A DNA stretch of 39,258 nucleotides. It comes from Rhodoglobus sp. (GTDB taxonomy: Bacteria; Actinomycetota; Actinomycetes; Actinomycetales; Microbacteriaceae). The DNA lies in the NCBI GenBank assembly GCA_040002655.1, contig JBDUEC010000001.1, positions 1 to 39,258 of the forward strand, written 5' to 3'. The number at the start of each line of letters is the position of its first letter. Positions within the stretch are counted from its first letter, which is position 1. Positions 9,575 to 18,799 of this stretch are shown one piece after another. The notes under the pieces are model-generated. The model was not told the origin of the DNA, did not search any database, and saw nothing but the letters and a program-made list of their open reading frames with translations. Made by a program: the position numbers and the translations under genes.

Positions 9575-11008
9575 TCAGCCGATGAACGACATGACGTGCT
9601 TGACCCGCGTGTAGTCCTCGAACCCGTAGCTGGAGAGGTCCTTGCCGTAGCCGGAGTGCTTGAAACCGCCGTGCGGCATCTCCGCCACCAGCGGGATGTG
9701 GGTGTTGATCCAGACGCAACCGAAGTCCAGGTGCTTCGCGAAGCGCATCGCGCGGGCGTGATCCTTGGTCCATACGCTGGATGACAGCCCGTACTGCACT
9801 CCGTTGGCCCACTCGAGTGCCTGCTTCTCATCGGTGAACTTCTGCACGGTGATCACCGGGCCGAAGATCTCGTTCTGGATCGCGTCGTCGGTCTGCTTCA
9901 GTCCCGATACGACGGTCGCCTCGTAGAAGTACCCCTTCGAGCCCTGGCGGTGCCCGCCGAGCTCGATCTTCGCGTTCTTCGGAAGCGCATCGATGATGCC
10001 GGAGACCCGCTCGAGCTGGCTCGCGTTGTTGACCGGCCCGAACAGGATGCCATCCTCATTCGGCGCACCGGTCTTCGCGTTGTCCTTCGCGTAGGCCGCG
10101 AGCGCCGCCACGAACTCGTCGTGGATGTTCGCGTGCACGAGCACCCGGGTTGCCGCGGTGCAGTCCTGGCCCGCGTTGAAGTAGCCGGCGATCGCGATCC
10201 CTTCGACCGCTGCCTCGATGTCAGCGTCGTCAAACACGATCACCGGGGCCTTGCCACCCAACTCGAGGTGCACGCGCTTCAGGTCGTTGGCGGCGGCCTT
10301 CGCCACCTCCATGCCGGCGCGCACCGATCCGGTGATCGAGACCATCTGCGGAGTCTTGTGGTCGATCATCAGGCCGCCGGTGGTGCGGTCGCCGGTGATC
10401 ACGTTCAGCACGCCCTTGGGCAGGAACTCCGCCGCCACCTCGGCCAGCAGAAGTGTGGATGACGGGGTGGTGTCCGAAGGCTTCAGCACGGTCGTGTTGC
10501 CGGCCGCGATCGCCGGCGCGATCTTCCACACCGCCATGTTGAGCGGGTAGTTCCACGGCGTGACCTGGCCAATCACACCGATCGGCTCCCGGCGGATGCT
10601 GGAGGTGTGGTCCTTCATGTACTCACCGGTCGCCATGCCGGACAGGTGCCGCGCCTCCCCCGCGAAGAAGCGGATCTGGTCGACCGACAGCATGATCTCG
10701 TCGGCGACAAGCGACGCGCGCGGCTTTCCGGTGTCCTTCGACTCCAGGTCGGCGAACTCCTCGGCTCGCGCCTCGATGGCGTCCGCAATGCGGAACAGTG
10801 CGAGCTGACGCTCGGCCGGGGTGGTCTCGCCCCACTCCTCGAAAGCCGCGGCGGCCGCGGAGAACGCGGCGTCGACATCCGCTGTTCCGGAGACCGGCGA
10901 CGAGGCGTAGGTCTCCTCGGTGGCGGGATCGATGACGTCGAACGAGCCGTCGCCCTTCGCCGAAACGTACTCGCCGTTGATGAAATTCTTGATCTCGCGC
11001 GCGCTCAT
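9575..11008 (-). CDS. Gamma-aminobutyraldehyde dehydrogenase (ALDH family, PatD-like)
   Basis: TPWNYP, KPS, ITGS, LELGGKAP, catalytic FNAGQDC, EIFGPV and PHGGFKHSGYGKD motifs; start ATG 11008 (MSAREIKNFING). Confidence 0.92.
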   Translation of the reverse strand: MSAREIKNFINGEYVSAKGDGSFDVIDPATEETYASSPVSGTADVDAAFSAAAAAFEEWGETTPAERQLALFRIADAIEARAEEFADLESKDTGKPRASLVADEIMLSVDQIRFFAGEARHLSGMATGEYMKDHTSSIRREPIGVIGQVTPWNYPLNMAVWKIAPAIAAGNTTVLKPSDTTPSSTLLLAEVAAEFLPKGVLNVITGDRTTGGLMIDHKTPQMVSITGSVRAGMEVAKAAANDLKRVHLELGGKAPVIVFDDADIEAAVEGIAIAGYFNAGQDCTAATRVLVHANIHDEFVAALAAYAKDNAKTGAPNEDGILFGPVNNASQLERVSGIIDALPKNAKIELGGHRQGSKGYFYEATVVSGLKQTDDAIQNEIFGPVITVQKFTDEKQALEWANGVQYGLSSSVWTKDHARAMRFAKHLDFGCVWINTHIPLVAEMPHGGFKHSGYGKDLSSYGFEDYTRVKHVMSFIG

Positions 11009-11025
11009 GAAAATCAACTGTACCC

Positions 11026-11099
11026 ACAAGTTTCGTCGTGCTCTATGCCTGTCACCACGGATTTCGTCCGTCAAATGGCGCGCCTGATTCGGATTCGCT
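11026..11099. promoter_or_regulatory. Three phased putative Lrp/AsnC binding sites in the divergent promoter
   Basis: ACAAGTTTCGT (11026), ACGGATTTCGT (11057), TCGGATTCGCT (11089); spacings 31 and 32 bp. Confidence 0.5.
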
Positions 11100-11133
11100 T
11101 GTGAGTCGATCACAGGGCTGACAGAATCGAGCC

Positions 11134-11616
11134 ATGAGCCCCCCGACTCGCCCTACCCCCAGCAAGCCGATCCAGCTCGACGACGTCTCCAAGGCGATCA
11201 TCGAGCAACTGCAGACGGATGGCCGCCGATCGTACGCAGAGATCGGCAAGGCCGTCGGCCTCAGCGAGGCCGCGGTACGCCAGCGGGTTCAGAAGCTCAC
11301 CGACTCCGGGGTGATGCAGGTGGTCGCGGTCACCGATCCGATGCAGCTGGGCTTCTATCGCCAGGCGATGATCGGCATCCGGGTCTCCGGTGACACGACG
11401 ATCGTGGCGGACCGGCTCGGTCGACTGCCCGCGGTCGACTACGTGGTGCTCACGGCCGGCAGTTTCGACATTCTCGCGGAGGTCGTCTGCGAGAACGACG
11501 AGGACCTGATCGAGCTGCTCAACAAGCAGATCAGGGCCATCGAGGGCGTGCAGTCCACCGAGACGTTCGTCTACCTGAAACTTCAGAAGCAGTTCTACAA
11601 CTGGGGAACGAGATGA
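11134..11616 (+). CDS. Lrp/AsnC family transcriptional regulator
   Basis: LDDVSKAIIEQLQTDGRRSYAEIGKAVGLSEAAVRQRVQKL HTH; C-terminal RAM domain (TAGSFDIL); ATGA overlap with the next gene. Confidence 0.95.
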   Translation: MSPPTRPTPSKPIQLDDVSKAIIEQLQTDGRRSYAEIGKAVGLSEAAVRQRVQKLTDSGVMQVVAVTDPMQLGFYRQAMIGIRVSGDTTIVADRLGRLPAVDYVVLTAGSFDILAEVVCENDEDLIELLNKQIRAIEGVQSTETFVYLKLQKQFYNWGTR

Positions 11617-13019
11617 GTGACATGACTATCACCGAAACCACCACATACAACGAGGCCGAGCTGCAGCAGAAGGCGAAGGATCACCTCTGGATGCACTTCG
11701 CGCGCCAGTCCGTCATGGAGGACGGGCACGGTGTTCCCATCATCGTGAAGGGCGAAGGCCACCACATCTGGGACTCCACCGGCAAGAAGTACTTCGACGG
11801 GCTGTCCGGCCTGTTCGTGGTGAACGCCGGCCACGGCCGCAAGCGCCTCGCCGAGGTTGCCGCGAAGCAGGCCGAGGAACTCGCCTTCTTCCCGATCTGG
11901 TCGTACGCCCACCCGAACGCGATCGAGCTCGCCGACCGGCTGGCCAGCTACGCGCCGGGCGACCTCAACCGGGTTTTCTTCTCCACCGGCGGCGGCGAGG
12001 CGGTCGAGACCGCCTTCAAACTCGCCAAGTACTACTGGAAGCTCATGGGGCGCCCCACCAAGCACAAGGTCATTTCCCGGGCCGTCGCCTACCACGGCAC
12101 CCCGCAGGGCGCCCTGGCGATCACGGGCATCCCGGCCATGAAGGAGATGTTCGAACCGGTCACCCCCGGCGGCTTCCGCGTGCCGAACACCAACTACTAC
12201 CGCGCGGCAGAGATGGGCTTCTCCGGCACCGAGGAGGCCTTCGGGCTCTGGGCGGCGAACCGCATCGAGGAGATGATCCTGTTCGAGGGTCCGGAGACCG
12301 TGGCCGCGATCTTCCTTGAGCCCGTGCAGAACTCGGGCGGATGCTTCCCACCCCCACCCGGCTACTTCCAGCGGGTACGTGAGATCTGCGACCAGTACGA
12401 CGTGCTGCTCGTGGCCGATGAGGTCATCACCGGGTTCGGACGCATCGGCAACTGGTTCGCCTCCACGACCTACGGCTTCCAGCCTGACATGATCACCTGC
12501 GCCAAGGGGATGACGAGCGGGTACTCCCCCATCGGCGCGACCATCGTGAGTGAGAAGCTCTACGAGCCGTTCAAGCACGGCAACGTGTCGTTCTACCACG
12601 GCTACACGTTCGGCGGGCACCCCGTGTCATCCGCTGTCGCGCTCGCCAACCTCGACATCTTCGAGGAGGAGAAGCTCAACGAGAACGTGCGCACCAACTC
12701 GCCGATCTTCCGGTCGACGCTCGAGAAGTTGAAAGACCTTCCGATCGTCGGCGACGTGCGCGGCGACGGCTACTTCTTCGGCATCGAGCTGGTGAAGGAC
12801 AAAGCCACCAAGGAGACGTTCACGGATGACGAATCCGAGCGGCTGCTGCGCGGCTTCCTCTCCAAGGCGCTGTTCGAGGCCGGGCTCTACTGCCGTGCGG
12901 ACGACCGTGGCGACCCGGTGGTGCAGCTCGCCCCGCCGCTCACCATCGGCCCCGCCGAGTTCGACGAGATCGAGGGCATTCTGCGCAACGTGCTCACCGA
13001 GGCCTGGACCAAGCTCTGA
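11613..13019 (+). CDS. Class III PLP aminotransferase (putrescine/omega-amine type)
   Basis: YFDGLSGL, GGEAVETA, YHG, EPVQNSGG, DEVITGFGR, PDMITCAKG (PLP Lys) and HGYTFGGHP motifs. Confidence 0.93.
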   Translation: MSDMTITETTTYNEAELQQKAKDHLWMHFARQSVMEDGHGVPIIVKGEGHHIWDSTGKKYFDGLSGLFVVNAGHGRKRLAEVAAKQAEELAFFPIWSYAHPNAIELADRLASYAPGDLNRVFFSTGGGEAVETAFKLAKYYWKLMGRPTKHKVISRAVAYHGTPQGALAITGIPAMKEMFEPVTPGGFRVPNTNYYRAAEMGFSGTEEAFGLWAANRIEEMILFEGPETVAAIFLEPVQNSGGCFPPPPGYFQRVREICDQYDVLLVADEVITGFGRIGNWFASTTYGFQPDMITCAKGMTSGYSPIGATIVSEKLYEPFKHGNVSFYHGYTFGGHPVSSAVALANLDIFEEEKLNENVRTNSPIFRSTLEKLKDLPIVGDVRGDGYFFGIELVKDKATKETFTDDESERLLRGFLSKALFEAGLYCRADDRGDPVVQLAPPLTIGPAEFDEIEGILRNVLTEAWTKL

Positions 13020-14392
13020 GTGTTGACACCGGCCACGGCGACTACCGCGGGCTGAGCTTCTGGCACGAAACCGTGCCGGATGATCTCACCCCGCGGGCGC
13101 CGGTGCCGGGCGACCTCGACGTGGATGTCGCGATCATCGGCGGCGGGCTCACCGGGCTCTGGACGGCCTGGTACCTGCTCGATCGCGACCCTGCGCTGCG
13201 CATCGCGGTGCTCGAGAAGGAGATCGCCGGATTTGGCGCATCCGGTCGCAACGGTGGCTGGTGCTCCGCGCTCTTCCCTCGCTCGACCGCGTCGCTCGAG
13301 CGGGCCCACGGTCGACCCGCGGCACTCGCCATGCGCCGGGCGATGATCGACACCGTGGACGAGGTCGGTGCTGTCGCCGCAGCCGCCGGCATCGACATCG
13401 ACTACGCGAAGGGCGGCACAGTCGCCTACGCCCGGTCCAGTGTGCAGCTGGATGCGGCGCGGGCGGAGGTCGAGGAGGCGCGCGGCTACGGCGTGGACGA
13501 GCTCGAGTTCTGGTCGGAGCACCGGGTGAGGGCCGCCGGTGCGCTCGGCGCGGCGTTCGATCCGAGCTGCGCGCGCATCCATCCCGCGAAGCTGGTGCGG
13601 GGACTCGCGCGTGCGCTCGAGAAGCGCGGCGTGGTCATCTACGAGCAGACCACGGTGCTCGACTACTCCCCGCACGCCGTCGTGACCGACCGCGGAACCG
13701 TGCACTGCGCGAACTTCGTGGTGGCCACCGAGGGCTACGGGGCGAGCCTGCGCGCTACCCGCCGCAGGGTGCTGCCGCTGTACTCGCTCATGATCGCCAC
13801 CGAACCCCTGCCCGATTCCACTTGGGATGAGATCGGCATCGCCCACGGACAGACCTTCACCGACTACCGTCACCTGCTGGTTTACGGCCAGCGCACCGCA
13901 GACAACCGTTTCGCCTTCGGCGGACGCGGCGCGCGCTACCACTGGGGCAGCGCCATCCGCCCGCAGTACGACCGCTCACCCGCGGTGTTCGGCCACCTGC
14001 TGAGGGCACTCGGTGAGCTGTTTCCTGCCATCGGCGATGTCGCCGTGACGCACAACTGGGGTGGGCCACTCGGCGTTCCCCGCGACTGGCACGCGACCGC
14101 GAGCTACGACCCCAAGAAGGGCGTGGCCTGGGCCGGCGGCTACGTCGGTGACGGGCTCAGCACCACGAACCTCGCTGGCCGCACGCTGGCCGACCTCGTC
14201 ACGGGAACCGACTCCGAACTGGTGCGCCTGCCCTGGGTCAACCACACCTCGCCGTCGTGGGAACCGGAGCCGCTGCGCTTCGCCGGGGCGAACGCCGGGC
14301 TGCTGGCGATGACAATTGCAGATGCCGAGGAACGCGTGACCCACCGGCCGTCGATTGCGGCGCGCATCATGGGGCCCCTCACCGGACACTGA
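13016..14392 (+). CDS. FAD-dependent oxidoreductase, DAO/PuuB-like amine oxidase (probable CTG start at 13016; first canonical start GTG 13073)
   Basis: DVAIIGGGLTGLWTA Rossmann motif, GASGRNGG, GGYVGDG; in-frame upstream sequence D-Y-R-G-L-S-F-W resembles the usual N-terminus of this family. Confidence 0.88.
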   Translation: MSVDTGHGDYRGLSFWHETVPDDLTPRAPVPGDLDVDVAIIGGGLTGLWTAWYLLDRDPALRIAVLEKEIAGFGASGRNGGWCSALFPRSTASLERAHGRPAALAMRRAMIDTVDEVGAVAAAAGIDIDYAKGGTVAYARSSVQLDAARAEVEEARGYGVDELEFWSEHRVRAAGALGAAFDPSCARIHPAKLVRGLARALEKRGVVIYEQTTVLDYSPHAVVTDRGTVHCANFVVATEGYGASLRATRRRVLPLYSLMIATEPLPDSTWDEIGIAHGQTFTDYRHLLVYGQRTADNRFAFGGRGARYHWGSAIRPQYDRSPAVFGHLLRALGELFPAIGDVAVTHNWGGPLGVPRDWHATASYDPKKGVAWAGGYVGDGLSTTNLAGRTLADLVTGTDSELVRLPWVNHTSPSWEPEPLRFAGANAGLLAMTIADAEERVTHRPSIAARIMGPLTGH

Positions 14393-14468
14393 GCCCGGTT
14401 TGCACCTTTTTTGGTGACATGTCATCTTTTTGGGAATGGATCGAGACTTCATGCTCTTGCATGGAGTT

Positions 14469-15029
14469 ATGACTACCTCAACACTGCCCCATCCCGATTA
14501 CCTCGTCGGCACCTGGACTCTCGACCCCACTCACTCGGAGATCTCCTTCACGGTCAAGCACCTGAAGATCACCAAGGTGCGCGGCACGTTCGAGAAGTTC
14601 GACCTGACCATCGTGACGGCCGAGAACCCCATGGACTCGACGATCGTCGCGACCATCGACGTTGCATCCGTCAACACCAGGGTTGAGGCCAGGGACAACC
14701 ACCTGCGCACCAGCGACTTCTTCAAGGTCGACGAGCACCCGACGATGACCTTCACCGCGACCGCGATCCAGCCGACCGGGGACGACAACTTCACGATCGA
14801 CGGCAACCTCACGCTGCGCGGCGTAACGCAGCCGGTCACGCTGACCGGCGAGTTCGGCGGTGTTCTGACCGACGGCTACGGCAACACCAAGGCGGGCGCC
14901 ACCGCGACCGCGAAGATCAATCGCCACGATTTCGGCGTCAGCTGGAACTCGGCCCTAGAGGCGGGCGGCATGACGCTCGGCGACGAAGTCACGATCACTA
15001 TCGACCTTCAGGTCATTCTGCAGAAGTAG
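14469..15029 (+). CDS. YceI-family (polyisoprenoid-binding) protein
   Basis: GTWTLDPTHSEISFTVKHL...VRGTF...RDNHLRTSDFF...GNLTLRGVT...INRHDFG motifs; start uncertain (14430/14469). Confidence 0.92.
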   Translation: MTTSTLPHPDYLVGTWTLDPTHSEISFTVKHLKITKVRGTFEKFDLTIVTAENPMDSTIVATIDVASVNTRVEARDNHLRTSDFFKVDEHPTMTFTATAIQPTGDDNFTIDGNLTLRGVTQPVTLTGEFGGVLTDGYGNTKAGATATAKINRHDFGVSWNSALEAGGMTLGDEVTITIDLQVILQK

Positions 15030-15038
15030 CACTGCACG

Positions 15039-15073
15039 ACGAAGGCCCGGAGCTGCATGCTCCGGGCCTTCGT
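15039..15073. terminator. Intrinsic, probably bidirectional terminator hairpin between convergent genes
   Basis: Perfect 15-bp stem ACGAAGGCCCGGAGC / GCTCCGGGCCTTCGT with loop TGCAT, between the yceI stop (15029) and the ABC stop (15089). Confidence 0.85.
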
Positions 15074-15088
15074 GCGTTGCGGCTACGC

Positions 15089-17065
15089 CTACTCCGTCGC
15101 GGCGGCGGCGAACTGCGAGTTGTACAGCGCGAAGTAGGCGCCGCCCTTCTCGAGCAGTTGCTGGTGGGTGCCCTGCTCCACGATGTGGCCCGCCTCCATC
15201 ACGAGGATGAGATCGGCATCGCGGATGGTCGACAACCGGTGCGCGATCACGAAGCTGGTGCGATCCTGGCGCAGGGCGGACATCGCCTTCTGCACAAGCA
15301 CCTCGGTGCGCGTGTCCACCGAGCTGGTCGCCTCATCCAGGATCAGCACACTCGGCTTCGCGAGGAACGCACGGGCGATCGTGATCAGCTGCTTCTCGCC
15401 GGCACTCACGTTGCCCGCCTCGTCGTCGAGCACGGTGTCGTACCCCTCCGGCAGGGAGTGTACGAAGCGGTCGACGTAGGTCGCCGTCGCTGCATCGAGG
15501 ATCTCCTGCTCAGTGGAGCCGGGCTTGCCGTACGCGATGTTGTCGCGGATGGTGCCGCCGAACAGCCAGGTGTCCTGCAGCACCATCCCCATGCGGGAGC
15601 GCAGGTCACGACGGGTCATCGTGGCGATGTCCACGCCGTCGAGTGTGATGCGCCCCGAGTCGAGCTCGTAGAAGCGCATCATCAGGTTGACCAGTGTGGT
15701 CTTGCCGGCTCCGGTGGGGCCGACTATCGCGACCGTCTGGCCGGGTTCGGCCACGAGGTCGAGGTCATCGATAAGCGGCTTGTCCTCGGCGTACCGGAAC
15801 GAGACCTTCTCGAAGACGAGCTTACCGCTGGTGCCCTTCGGCGACTGGGACGGGGCGGCATCCGCTGTCTGCTCCTCGGCGTCAAGCAGCTCGAACACCC
15901 GCTCGGCCGAAGCGACGCCCGACTGCAGCAGGTTGGCCATCGAGCCCAACTGGGTCAGTGGCTGAGTGAACTGCCGCGAGTACTGGATGAACGCCGTCAC
16001 GTCACCGAGACCGAGGCTGCCTGCGGCCACGAACAGGCCGCCAACCACGGCGATCGCCACGTAGACGAGGTTGCCCACGAACATCATGGCCGGCATGATG
16101 ATGCCGCTCACGAACTGCGCGCCGAAGCTCGCTGCGTAGAGCTCCTCGTTCTTCTCGCCGAAGCGCGTCTCCACCTCGCGGTGGCGACCGAACACCTTCA
16201 CGAGGGCGTGGCCGGTGAAGGTCTCCTCGATCTGCGCGTTGAGCTCGCCCGTGTGTTTCCACTGCGCCACGAACTGTTTCTGCGAACGCTTCGCGATCAC
16301 CGAGGTGATGAGGATCGTGAGCGGGATCGTCACGAGGGCGATCGCGGCGAGGATCGGCGAGATCAGGAACATCATCACCAGCACACCGATCACCGTGAGC
16401 AGCGAGGTGATGAGCTGGCTCATCGTCTGCTGCAGGCTCTGCGAGATGTTGTCGATGTCGTTCGTCACCCGGCTCAGCAGCTCGCCGCGCTGCATCCGGT
16501 CGAAGTAGCTGAGCGGCAGGCGGTTGAGTTTTGCCTCCACGTCGCCGCGCAGGCGGAACACCGTGCGCTGCACGACACCGTTGAGGAACAGTCCCTGCAG
16601 GTAGCTGAACACGGAGGCGAGCACGTAGAGCGCCAACACCCACATCAGGATGTGCCCGACCGCGGTGAAGTCGATGCCGACGCCAGGCGTGAGGTTCAGG
16701 CCGCTGAGCAGGTCGGCCTGCTGGTCCTTGCCGTCGGCACGCAGCCCGGCGATGATCTGCTCCTTGGTGGCGCCGGCCGGAAGACTCGCCGAGATCGCAC
16801 CATCGAAGACCAGGTTGATCGCCTCACCAAGCAGCCGCGGTCCGAGCACGCTGAACGTAACGCTCACCACGCTCAGCAGCACCACGAAGATGATGCGCAC
16901 GCGCTCGGGAATCAGGCGACCGAGCAGCCGCTTGGCCGACGGCCCGAAGGTCATCGATTTCTCCGCGGGCATGCCCATGCCGCCGAACGGTCCGCCGCCC
17001 ATAGGGCCGCGCCTCACCGGCGGGCGCGGGGGCACAGGGGTTTCTGTGGCTTCGGTGTCGCTCAT
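15089..17065 (-). CDS. Heterodimeric ABC exporter subunit B (TMD+NBD; canonical Walker B and H-switch)
   Basis: TM domain; GPTGAGKTT, deviant signature VSAGEKQ, LILDEATS, IAHR. Confidence 0.93.
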   Translation of the reverse strand: MSDTEATETPVPPRPPVRRGPMGGGPFGGMGMPAEKSMTFGPSAKRLLGRLIPERVRIIFVVLLSVVSVTFSVLGPRLLGEAINLVFDGAISASLPAGATKEQIIAGLRADGKDQQADLLSGLNLTPGVGIDFTAVGHILMWVLALYVLASVFSYLQGLFLNGVVQRTVFRLRGDVEAKLNRLPLSYFDRMQRGELLSRVTNDIDNISQSLQQTMSQLITSLLTVIGVLVMMFLISPILAAIALVTIPLTILITSVIAKRSQKQFVAQWKHTGELNAQIEETFTGHALVKVFGRHREVETRFGEKNEELYAASFGAQFVSGIIMPAMMFVGNLVYVAIAVVGGLFVAAGSLGLGDVTAFIQYSRQFTQPLTQLGSMANLLQSGVASAERVFELLDAEEQTADAAPSQSPKGTSGKLVFEKVSFRYAEDKPLIDDLDLVAEPGQTVAIVGPTGAGKTTLVNLMMRFYELDSGRITLDGVDIATMTRRDLRSRMGMVLQDTWLFGGTIRDNIAYGKPGSTEQEILDAATATYVDRFVHSLPEGYDTVLDDEAGNVSAGEKQLITIARAFLAKPSVLILDEATSSVDTRTEVLVQKAMSALRQDRTSFVIAHRLSTIRDADLILVMEAGHIVEQGTHQQLLEKGGAYFALYNSQFAAAATE

Positions 17066-18795
17066 GCTGCCGCCTCCGCGGTGAGTTGTGATTCCACGAT
17101 TTCCTTGTAGGTCTCAGAGGTCTCGAGCAGTTCGTCATGGGTGCCGCGGCCGACGATTCGACCGTCCTCCAGAACGATGATCTGGTCGGCCGCCACGATG
17201 GTCGAGATGCGCTGGGCGACGATGATCATCGTGGCGCCGGCCACGTCACGTGCGAGTGCCTGGCGGAGCCGCGAATCGGTTGCCAGGTCGAGAGCGGAGA
17301 ACGAGTCGTCGAACACGTAGATCTCCGGTCGCTTGACGAGCGCGCGCGCAATGGCGAGCCGCTGGCGCTGCCCGCCGGAGACATTGGTGCCGCCCTGGGC
17401 AACCGGTGAGTCGAGGCCACCAGGCATCTCCTGCACGAAGTCCTTCGCCTGGGCGGTGGTGAGCGCCGCCCACAGTTCGTCGTCCGTTGCGTCCGGCTTG
17501 CCGTAGCGGAGATTGCTCGCGATCGTGCCAGCGAACAGGTACGGCTTCTGCGGCACGAGTCCGATCCGACCCCAGAGCAGATCAGGGTCAAGTTGTTTGA
17601 CGTCCACACCGTTGATGGCGACCACGCCGTCTGTTGCGTCGAACAGCCGCGGCAGCAGGTTGACGAGGGTCGTCTTGCCAGCGCCGGTGCTTCCGATGAT
17701 CGCCGTGGTCTTCCCCGCCTCTGCGACGAAGCTCACGTTGCTGAGCACCGGCTGCTCCGCGCCCGGGTAGGCGAAGCTGACATCCTCGAGCTCAACCGTG
17801 CCGTGCTCAGTGAACGTGGTCACCGGCGCGGTGGGGGGCCGCACTGTCGACTCGGTGTCGAGCACCTCGCCGATGCGGTCTGCACTCACCGATGCCCGCG
17901 GGATCATGATCGCCATGAACGTCGCCATCATGACGGCCCCGAGGATCTGCATGAGGTACTGCAGGAACGCGGTGAGGGTTCCGATCTGCATCGATCCCTC
18001 GTCCACCCGGAACGCGCCGAACCAGATGACCGCGACGCTCGAGACGTTGAGCACGAGCATAACGATCGGGAACATGAGCGCCATCAGTCGGCCGGCGCGG
18101 TACGCCGAGTCCGTGACATCCTCGTTCGCCTTCTCGAACCGGTCGCTCTCCACGTTCTCGCGCACAAAGGCGCGGATCACCCGGATGCCCGACAGCTGCT
18201 CACGCAGGATGCGGTTGATGGTGTCGATGCGCTTCTGCATCAGCCGGAACAGGGGCACCATGCGGGAGATGACCAGGCCGATCGAGATGACCAGTGCCGG
18301 GATGCTGACGGCCATCAGCCAGGACAACTGCAGGTCCTGTTGCAGGGCCAGGATCACGCCGCCGATGGCCAGGATCGGGGCGGAGACCAGCATCGTGCAG
18401 GTCATCAGCACCAGCATCTGCACCTGCTGCACATCGTTCGTGGAGCGTGTGATGAGGGAGGGCGCGCCGAACTTCGTCACCTCGCGCTCGGAGAACTCGC
18501 CGACCCGGTGGAACACGGCAGCGCGCAGGTCGCGCCCCAGTCCCATCGCAACCCGGGCGCCGAAGTAGACCGCCGTGATCGAACAGACGATCTGGATCAC
18601 GGTGACGCCCAGCATGATCGCGCCGTTCCCGAGGATGTAGTTGGTGTCCCCCTTCGACACCCCGTTGTCGATGATGTCCGCGTTGAGGGTGGGCAGGTAC
18701 AGCGACGCGATGGACTGCAACAGCTGGAAGACGATCACCCCGACCAGCAACTTCAGGTGCGGCCGCAGGTAGCGGCCGATGATTTTCAGCAGCAT
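17062..18795 (-). CDS. Heterodimeric ABC exporter subunit A (TMD+NBD; degenerate Walker B and switch)
   Basis: GSTGAGKTT, VSGGQRQ, YVFDDSFS (Glu->Asp), VAQR (His->Gln); ATGA overlap with its partner. Confidence 0.93.
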   Translation of the reverse strand: MLLKIIGRYLRPHLKLLVGVIVFQLLQSIASLYLPTLNADIIDNGVSKGDTNYILGNGAIMLGVTVIQIVCSITAVYFGARVAMGLGRDLRAAVFHRVGEFSEREVTKFGAPSLITRSTNDVQQVQMLVLMTCTMLVSAPILAIGGVILALQQDLQLSWLMAVSIPALVISIGLVISRMVPLFRLMQKRIDTINRILREQLSGIRVIRAFVRENVESDRFEKANEDVTDSAYRAGRLMALMFPIVMLVLNVSSVAVIWFGAFRVDEGSMQIGTLTAFLQYLMQILGAVMMATFMAIMIPRASVSADRIGEVLDTESTVRPPTAPVTTFTEHGTVELEDVSFAYPGAEQPVLSNVSFVAEAGKTTAIIGSTGAGKTTLVNLLPRLFDATDGVVAINGVDVKQLDPDLLWGRIGLVPQKPYLFAGTIASNLRYGKPDATDDELWAALTTAQAKDFVQEMPGGLDSPVAQGGTNVSGGQRQRLAIARALVKRPEIYVFDDSFSALDLATDSRLRQALARDVAGATMIIVAQRISTIVAADQIIVLEDGRIVGRGTHDELLETSETYKEIVESQLTAEAAA

Positions 18796-18799
18796 GCGA

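Noticed and set aside
14433-14459. SigH/SigR-type ECF promoter for yceI (GGAAT-N18-GTT)
   Set aside because: GGAAT is present but the -10 position reads CTT, so the match is too weak to call.
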